Shown one piece after another: positions 58,394-64,000 of a DNA stretch of 64,000 bases. Source of the DNA: an uncultured bacterium (GTDB taxonomy: Bacteria > Patescibacteriota > JACMRA01); NCBI GenBank assembly GCA_963704645.1, contig OY969926.1, forward strand, positions 1,088,001 to 1,152,000, written 5' to 3'. Every line of letters begins with the position of its first letter. Position 1 is the stretch's first letter. The notes under the pieces were generated by a model that made no database searches, had not been told where the DNA came from, and saw nothing but the letters and a program-made list of their open reading frames with translations. Position numbers and translations under genes: made by a program.

Positions 58394-60877
58394 CTACCCC
58401 TGCTCTTCCCATTTCCAACTCAAAACCTCTGGTAAATCATTTCCGTTTTCAACAATGTATTTTTTGTGTTCTACTAGTTTTGATTTTAAGATTTGGATTA
58501 ATTCTACAGACTTTTCTGCTATAATTGAATTATTTTTTGAGGCTATTTCCAAAGCTTTAATTGCCATGTCAAACCTTGATGTTCCATTTAAAACTTGCAT
58601 GTCAAAAGGTGTTGTTGTACTGCCTTGTTCCATATAACCCAAAATTGTGGTTTTACTAGCTAAACTTGTACCATACAAAATTTGTTTTAAAGCACTTGGG
58701 TAACCGTGGAAGTTTATTAAAACTTCAGTATTTTCTGGGAAAATTCGCTTATAAATTTGTTCAGCATTTTCAGTCGAGGAGACAGCACCCAAACCAAAAC
58801 TAGTTAGCTGGCTTATATTTACATATTTAAATGAAAGTTCTGGAGCGTTTTGTTTCAGCCAGCTAATTGCAGCCATAGTTTCCAAAGTTTGATAGTCGCC
58901 AGCTGAAGCTAAAATAATATCTGGAGATGAATTTTGAGAGTTGTTTACACCAGAATTACCAGCAAATTCCCATTCCATAATACCTGCTTCAACTTGAGCT
59001 TTAGCCTTATTTACATCAAGCCATTGTGGAAGATCAGTTTTACCTGCTACAATTAAATTTACAGTGTTATTTTCGGTTAAAACTTTTTTTGCAACTTCTA
59101 AACCAATATTAACATCTACTGGGAAATATACATTGGCGAAATCTACATTTTTAGATAGCAAAGTATTAATTAGAACAGGGTTTTGATGCGTAAAACCGTT
59201 ATGATCTTGCCTCCAAGTTGTGCTGGTTGCAATGTAATTCATGCTTGGTCTACTGCCCCTCCAATTAAATTTGTTCGCCTGACTGGAATACTTAATAAAT
59301 TGGTCAATTTGACTTATAATAATGGCTAGAAAAGCTTCGTAAGAAATTAAAATACCGTAACCCCCAAAGGCATTATAACCTTGCATCCAGCTTTGCAAAG
59401 TTTGCTCGCTAAGTATCTCCATAATTTGTCCACTTTCACCTAAATTGTCGTCCCATTCTTTTAGTGGAAGATTAAAAACTCTGTCTGTGTTTTCGTATAA
59501 AGTTTCTAATCGGTTAGACTCGGCTTCGTCTGGGGAAAAAATTCTGAATTTATTTGGGTTCTGGCTAATAATTTGGCTTAAATATTTTGAAACATGAACC
59601 ATTAAATTACCATTTTGACCTTTAACTAAAGTTTGGATTTGGAAGTTTAAAATATCAGGCAAAGCAAGCGGTTGATTAGCTAATGATAAAGTTGATTGAA
59701 TATTACCAAGTCTATTTTCTGGGGATGGTAAAAACTTTGTTACTTCTGGACGCACCGTGTTTTGCAATGTGTCTACCAGCTCTTCAATTTTGTAAGATTC
59801 AAGCCAGCTTTTTAGCACTTCAAATTCAGCTTTATTTTGTTTAGGATTTTTTAAAGGAAGCCCGTGAGCCAAATTATTTCCTTCAATTTTCCCCCCATTA
59901 GCAAATTTCGGCCCAGTCCAACCCTTCAAAGTTCGCAGTAAAATAACAGGTAATTTAGTGGTTTTACCAGCTTTATAATTTACAATTTGTTGATAAGCTA
60001 AGGTTAAAGTTTCCAAATACGTTGTAAGCCATTCTTCACTTTCATTTAAATCAGCAAAGTTCTGAGTAACCAAAAATGGTTTATAATTTAAGCCTTCAAA
60101 GTACTTAAATAAATCTTCATCACTCATTCTGCTGTATACAGTTGGGCCAGAAATTTTGTAATCATTTAAGTGTAAAATTGGTAGAACAGCTCCGTCAGAT
60201 TCACGGTTAATAAATTTATTACTTTGCCAAGAAGCAGCCAAAGCACCAGTTTCAGCCTCACCGTCACCAACCACGCAAACCGTAATTAAATGGGGGTTAG
60301 ATAATATAGAGCCATAAGCTAAACCAAGAGAATAACCTAACTCTCCCCCTTCATTTATACTACCAGGGAGACCAGGATAAGTGTGACTTGGAAAGCCTTC
60401 AGGCCAGCTAAAATTTTTAATTAGGTTTTCTGCACCAGTTAAAGTTTCAGGGTATTGTGGGTAATATTTGCCTAAACTTCCCTCAAGCCACAAATTGCTT
60501 AAAATAGCAGGAGCTCCATGCCCTGGCCCAACAATTAACAACATTTTTGCAGGGGAATACTGGTCATTTAACGTCTCACCTACTTTCTTAACATCTTCAG
60601 TAGCGGAGAATCTTGATTCTCCATTTCCAATGTGCAAGTTAAAATTCAACCAATTCAAACCAGCATAAATTAAATTAAGCCCTGGAACAGTTCCCCAATG
60701 CCCAACTACTCTTTCTTTCAAATGATGTTCAACTAATGGTTCTTCCAACCAAAAATTATCTTTTAAATATAAAGTAGAAACAGAAATATAGTTAGTTAAA
60801 CGAATATTTTTTATTAGCCAGTCTAAATCTGCACTGTATTTATTTTTATTTAAAGGATTTTTTGAAGTTTCCGGCAT
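58394..60877 (-). CDS. xfp: Xylulose-5-phosphate/fructose-6-phosphate phosphoketolase
   Basis: GHWGT.PG, GPGHG, EGGELGY, GDGEAETG, SYEAF, QDHNGFTHQ. Confidence 0.95.
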   Translation of the reverse strand: MPETSKNPLNKNKYSADLDWLIKNIRLTNYISVSTLYLKDNFWLEEPLVEHHLKERVVGHWGTVPGLNLIYAGLNWLNFNLHIGNGESRFSATEDVKKVGETLNDQYSPAKMLLIVGPGHGAPAILSNLWLEGSLGKYYPQYPETLTGAENLIKNFSWPEGFPSHTYPGLPGSINEGGELGYSLGLAYGSILSNPHLITVCVVGDGEAETGALAASWQSNKFINRESDGAVLPILHLNDYKISGPTVYSRMSDEDLFKYFEGLNYKPFLVTQNFADLNESEEWLTTYLETLTLAYQQIVNYKAGKTTKLPVILLRTLKGWTGPKFANGGKIEGNNLAHGLPLKNPKQNKAEFEVLKSWLESYKIEELVDTLQNTVRPEVTKFLPSPENRLGNIQSTLSLANQPLALPDILNFQIQTLVKGQNGNLMVHVSKYLSQIISQNPNKFRIFSPDEAESNRLETLYENTDRVFNLPLKEWDDNLGESGQIMEILSEQTLQSWMQGYNAFGGYGILISYEAFLAIIISQIDQFIKYSSQANKFNWRGSRPSMNYIATSTTWRQDHNGFTHQNPVLINTLLSKNVDFANVYFPVDVNIGLEVAKKVLTENNTVNLIVAGKTDLPQWLDVNKAKAQVEAGIMEWEFAGNSGVNNSQNSSPDIILASAGDYQTLETMAAISWLKQNAPELSFKYVNISQLTSFGLGAVSSTENAEQIYKRIFPENTEVLINFHGYPSALKQILYGTSLASKTTILGYMEQGSTTTPFDMQVLNGTSRFDMAIKALEIASKNNSIIAEKSVELIQILKSKLVEHKKYIVENGNDLPEVLSWKWEEQG

Positions 60878-61123
60878 AGTTGAACTAAGTATAAATTAAA
60901 AGTTGATTATGGCCAAATTGACCTTTTAGCAAGACTATGCTTAAACATAAAATATGTTCGTCTTAAATGATAATTGTTCAGTGGTTTCAAAACCAATGAA
61001 ACTTACTTGTAGATTTCCAACCAATGCATAGAACCCCTATATTTTCTATATATTCGCTGGGAATTTCCTAGCGTTTTTGTTTTACGAAAAAAACATTTAT
61101 TTAGAGTTGGAGAAATTAACATC

Positions 61124-61678
61124 GTGATTGGATCAAATTTGTTTAATGCTGGCGAGTGTGAAGTTTTAGATTCTGAAAGGTTAATTTTGAGACCTTTAGA
61201 AGTTGATGATTTACAGGCAATTATGGCTTATGCTACAGACCCCGAGACTGTAAAGTGGTTAAGCATTGGCGTTCAAACTGAAGAGCAGGTTTTGTTTTGG
61301 CTTACCAAACAAATTTTATCTTACAGCCAACCCAGTTCAAGTCTAACTTGGGCAATCTGCTTGCAAGAAACTGGTGAATGCATTGGTTGTATTGAGTTAG
61401 TTTCTGACGGCACTATTGGCTATGCATCCGCCCAAAAATATTGGGGTAATGGATACATGACCGAAGCTGTTAGAATTGTAACATCTTTCGCTTTTAAATT
61501 TGAATTTATAGATTGCCTAAAAATTCCTGTCTACCAACCCAACATTGCATCGCAGAAAGTTGCTCTAAACAATGGGTTTACACAAGGCTCACTCATTCCT
61601 AACCACACACTAAAAAATGGCGAGTCTTTATCTGCCTATGTTTTCAGATTAACCAAAGAGGAATATTTCTCAAAATAA
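61124..61678 (+). CDS. RimJ/RimL-type GNAT acetyltransferase
   Basis: ERLILRP, YWGNGYMTEA, NIASQKV...GF. Confidence 0.85.
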   Translation: MIGSNLFNAGECEVLDSERLILRPLEVDDLQAIMAYATDPETVKWLSIGVQTEEQVLFWLTKQILSYSQPSSSLTWAICLQETGECIGCIELVSDGTIGYASAQKYWGNGYMTEAVRIVTSFAFKFEFIDCLKIPVYQPNIASQKVALNNGFTQGSLIPNHTLKNGESLSAYVFRLTKEEYFSK

Positions 61679-61754
61679 AAACAACCCCTAGAATATTATT
61701 TTCTGGGGGAATATTTTTTGGTAAATAATTCTTTATTAAAAGCAATAATTTCAA

Positions 61755-63389
61755 CTAGCCTAAAAACCTTTTATTTGGTAATGAGTTTTGAGTAAGATTG
61801 TTCGGATTCAAAGTTGAATTATCAACATTTTGAGAAGAGTTTGGAATATTTGGAGTTGCAATAGTTTCATTTTGATTAGAAACATCTACTACATTTTCGC
61901 CACTTATTACAGCGTCCGCTTCTACATGTTCTATATTTTCGTAAGGCCAAACAGGTTGAGACGAATTATTTTGAACAGGGTTTGAAAATGTAATATCTGG
62001 CAAAACTTCATCTGAAGAGCTAGGTTGTAAATTAGAGGAATTGAATTGAGAAGTTTGATCAAATGAAGTTGGAGAAGTATTAAAACTGCTAGTATTTGAT
62101 GACAGTATTTCATCATTTAACCCCGTCTCTCTTGGGTAATTATCTAAGCTAAATTCATCTTCAGGTTTTTCCAAATTAGAAACAGGAATAGAATTCTGTA
62201 TCAGTTTAGGTTGCTCAGTTTGGCTTAGCATACTTTTAAACTGTCCATCTAGGGTTGGGTTTGCAATATTCGTATTAATAGTTGGCGCGGGCTGTTTATT
62301 GCTTAATAACTTCTGGTTTTTTTGTTTGGCAAAGTTAACAATATTAAGCTTTTCTAAAATCAACATAACAATGTTTATTAATAACAAAACACCAGAAAAA
62401 ATAAGAGCCGGTAAAATTAAATTGAAAGACAAACGAAGCAAATTCCAAGCTAATAAATTAACAATTTCGCTGGTTGCAAAACCTGGTAAAAGTAGCAGGT
62501 TAAGACTGGAACTTAAATAGGCAAAACCACCCGTAACCAATAGCCAAAAAACACATAAACTTAAAGTGCTAGTAGAAATAAACCAAGAAAGTCTACGTAA
62601 ATAAGCCAACATTTTGCGGTTGGAAAACGCCACCAAAGCTAAATTTGCAGCAATTAGAAGAGCAAATACTGCAAAGTAGACTAAGGCTTTGCTTCTAAAA
62701 TCTAGCAACTGATCACGTGCCCAATTCAACCTGCTTAATGTAACTTGATTGGCTCCAGAAATTATAGATTCTGCCCTTACTTGATTACTTAGCGGGGAAA
62801 TTGGGTTATTTTTTAATACATCATCTAAGCTATTAAAACCATTTTGCTGTGCAACACCTAATACTTCAGAAAGCTTTTTTGAACCATCTTTAACCTCAGC
62901 TGGTAAACAAAAAGTTTTGCTGGAATCGTATCCCTCAGTTTTTAATTTAGCTAAATCTTCGGTTGAGCAAGTTTCAATATTTGTGTTACTTTCTTTGGCA
63001 ATTTTACTAGCCTGTTCGTCTATACCCTCCCTTACAACTTTTTCTATATCTGAGGTTGGTAAATAAAAATTTAAAATATTTGAGTCTCCTTGTAGCCACC
63101 TTGTAACGTAATCTATATTAGTTTCTGATACATTTTTAAGCCAATCTGGAGTTACTAGTTTATTTACAATCGGCCCAATTACTAAGTATCCAATGGCCTG
63201 ACTAGAGCCAGGAGTATTTTCATAATTCTTCTTAAGTTGGTCGTTAAGTTTAGAATAAAAGTTTTCTTGGTTTAAAGAATCTTTATGAATACTGGCGTTT
63301 GGCAATGTAAAAGCAATACTAAAAGCCACAATTAATAGTGGTAAAATTGCCACAATAAAACCCTGAAGAAATGTTTGTAATAAACGCAT
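61755..63389 (-). CDS. Hypothetical membrane protein with disordered C-tail
   Basis: N-terminal TM, three central TMs, N/S/Q-rich tail. Confidence 0.6.
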   Translation of the reverse strand: MRLLQTFLQGFIVAILPLLIVAFSIAFTLPNASIHKDSLNQENFYSKLNDQLKKNYENTPGSSQAIGYLVIGPIVNKLVTPDWLKNVSETNIDYVTRWLQGDSNILNFYLPTSDIEKVVREGIDEQASKIAKESNTNIETCSTEDLAKLKTEGYDSSKTFCLPAEVKDGSKKLSEVLGVAQQNGFNSLDDVLKNNPISPLSNQVRAESIISGANQVTLSRLNWARDQLLDFRSKALVYFAVFALLIAANLALVAFSNRKMLAYLRRLSWFISTSTLSLCVFWLLVTGGFAYLSSSLNLLLLPGFATSEIVNLLAWNLLRLSFNLILPALIFSGVLLLINIVMLILEKLNIVNFAKQKNQKLLSNKQPAPTINTNIANPTLDGQFKSMLSQTEQPKLIQNSIPVSNLEKPEDEFSLDNYPRETGLNDEILSSNTSSFNTSPTSFDQTSQFNSSNLQPSSSDEVLPDITFSNPVQNNSSQPVWPYENIEHVEADAVISGENVVDVSNQNETIATPNIPNSSQNVDNSTLNPNNLTQNSLPNKRFLG

Positions 63390-63444
63390 GATGTTCTATA
63401 CCTAGTTACACCACTTTGCTTTGTCAAACCAAGGCACTAAAAAT

Positions 63445-63999
63445 CTATAATTTAAAACTATCAAACCCTTCGTATTTGTCAAAAGATAGCAGATATAAAC
63501 TTTTGAGGGTGTTTTTTGAATATTCTTTTAATTCCATTAGCACAGTATTTATACTAGCTCTATCTGAGTTTTCCAATACAGCATCGTCTATTATTATAGG
63601 TAATTTCTCACATAATTTTTTAAAAGCAAATTTATCCCCAGTTACAATTTCATAAAATTTATCAATGGAAACTCTTCTAATTCTATCGTTTCTCATTTGC
63701 CCACTATCAACGCTTATTACCCAAGGCGAGTTTTGGCTTTTTTTGGCTATCACTTCAACTAACATGCAAGTTGCATTAGAATTTTGCAATAGTTTATTTT
63801 GCATAGAAATATAAATTTTTTGCGCAGACCCAGAGTTCATTGTGTTATGCTTATTTTTTATTTCTACAAAGATATTGTCCTTTTCATTCACAATATCAAA
63901 ACCTTTTTTTGGAACAGTCCAGTCTTTTGAAATATACTTGAATATATTTTGATGAAAATAACCAATTAAGTTACTGTTAGTTTTATCTACTTGTCTTAT
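63445..63999 (-). CDS. Eco47II-family type II restriction endonuclease, 5' end outside window
   Basis: Frame is open to the window edge: RQVDKTNSNLIGYFHQNIF...GFDI...EIKNKHNTMNSGS. Confidence 0.8.
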   Translation of the reverse strand: MRQVDKTNSNLIGYFHQNIFKYISKDWTVPKKGFDIVNEKDNIFVEIKNKHNTMNSGSAQKIYISMQNKLLQNSNATCMLVEVIAKKSQNSPWVISVDSGQMRNDRIRRVSIDKFYEIVTGDKFAFKKLCEKLPIIIDDAVLENSDRASINTVLMELKEYSKNTLKSLYLLSFDKYEGFDSFKL

Positions 64000-64000
64000 T

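Overview
AT-rich bacterial chromosomal segment using genetic code 11. The gene mix (VirB2-like pilin, giant surface protein, xfp/ackA fermentation, tRNA/repair housekeeping genes, no biosynthetic operons) suggests a Patescibacteria/CPR-type genome; this is an inference. It holds cysS, parA, a uvrD N-half, a uvrC C-half, clpC, rnhB, an N-terminal-only alaS, a frameshifted rpoD fused to tsaE, prmC, radA, ackA, xfp, a heliorhodopsin, a CHASE2 cyclase/FecR pair, tRNA-Ser(GGA), two IS481 copies inserted in the same REP-like palindrome, and one IS1595. The main candidate for an undescribed system is four PemK/MazF-fold toxin genes with no protein antitoxin. Each is met tail-to-tail by a sigma70-type promoter followed by a ~50-nt two-hairpin element whose stems covary. 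Two further orphan copies of that element lie beside the tandem toxin pair. This looks like a new RNA-antitoxin (type III-like or antisense) toxin system. All product calls come from motif recognition by eye; no database searches were run.
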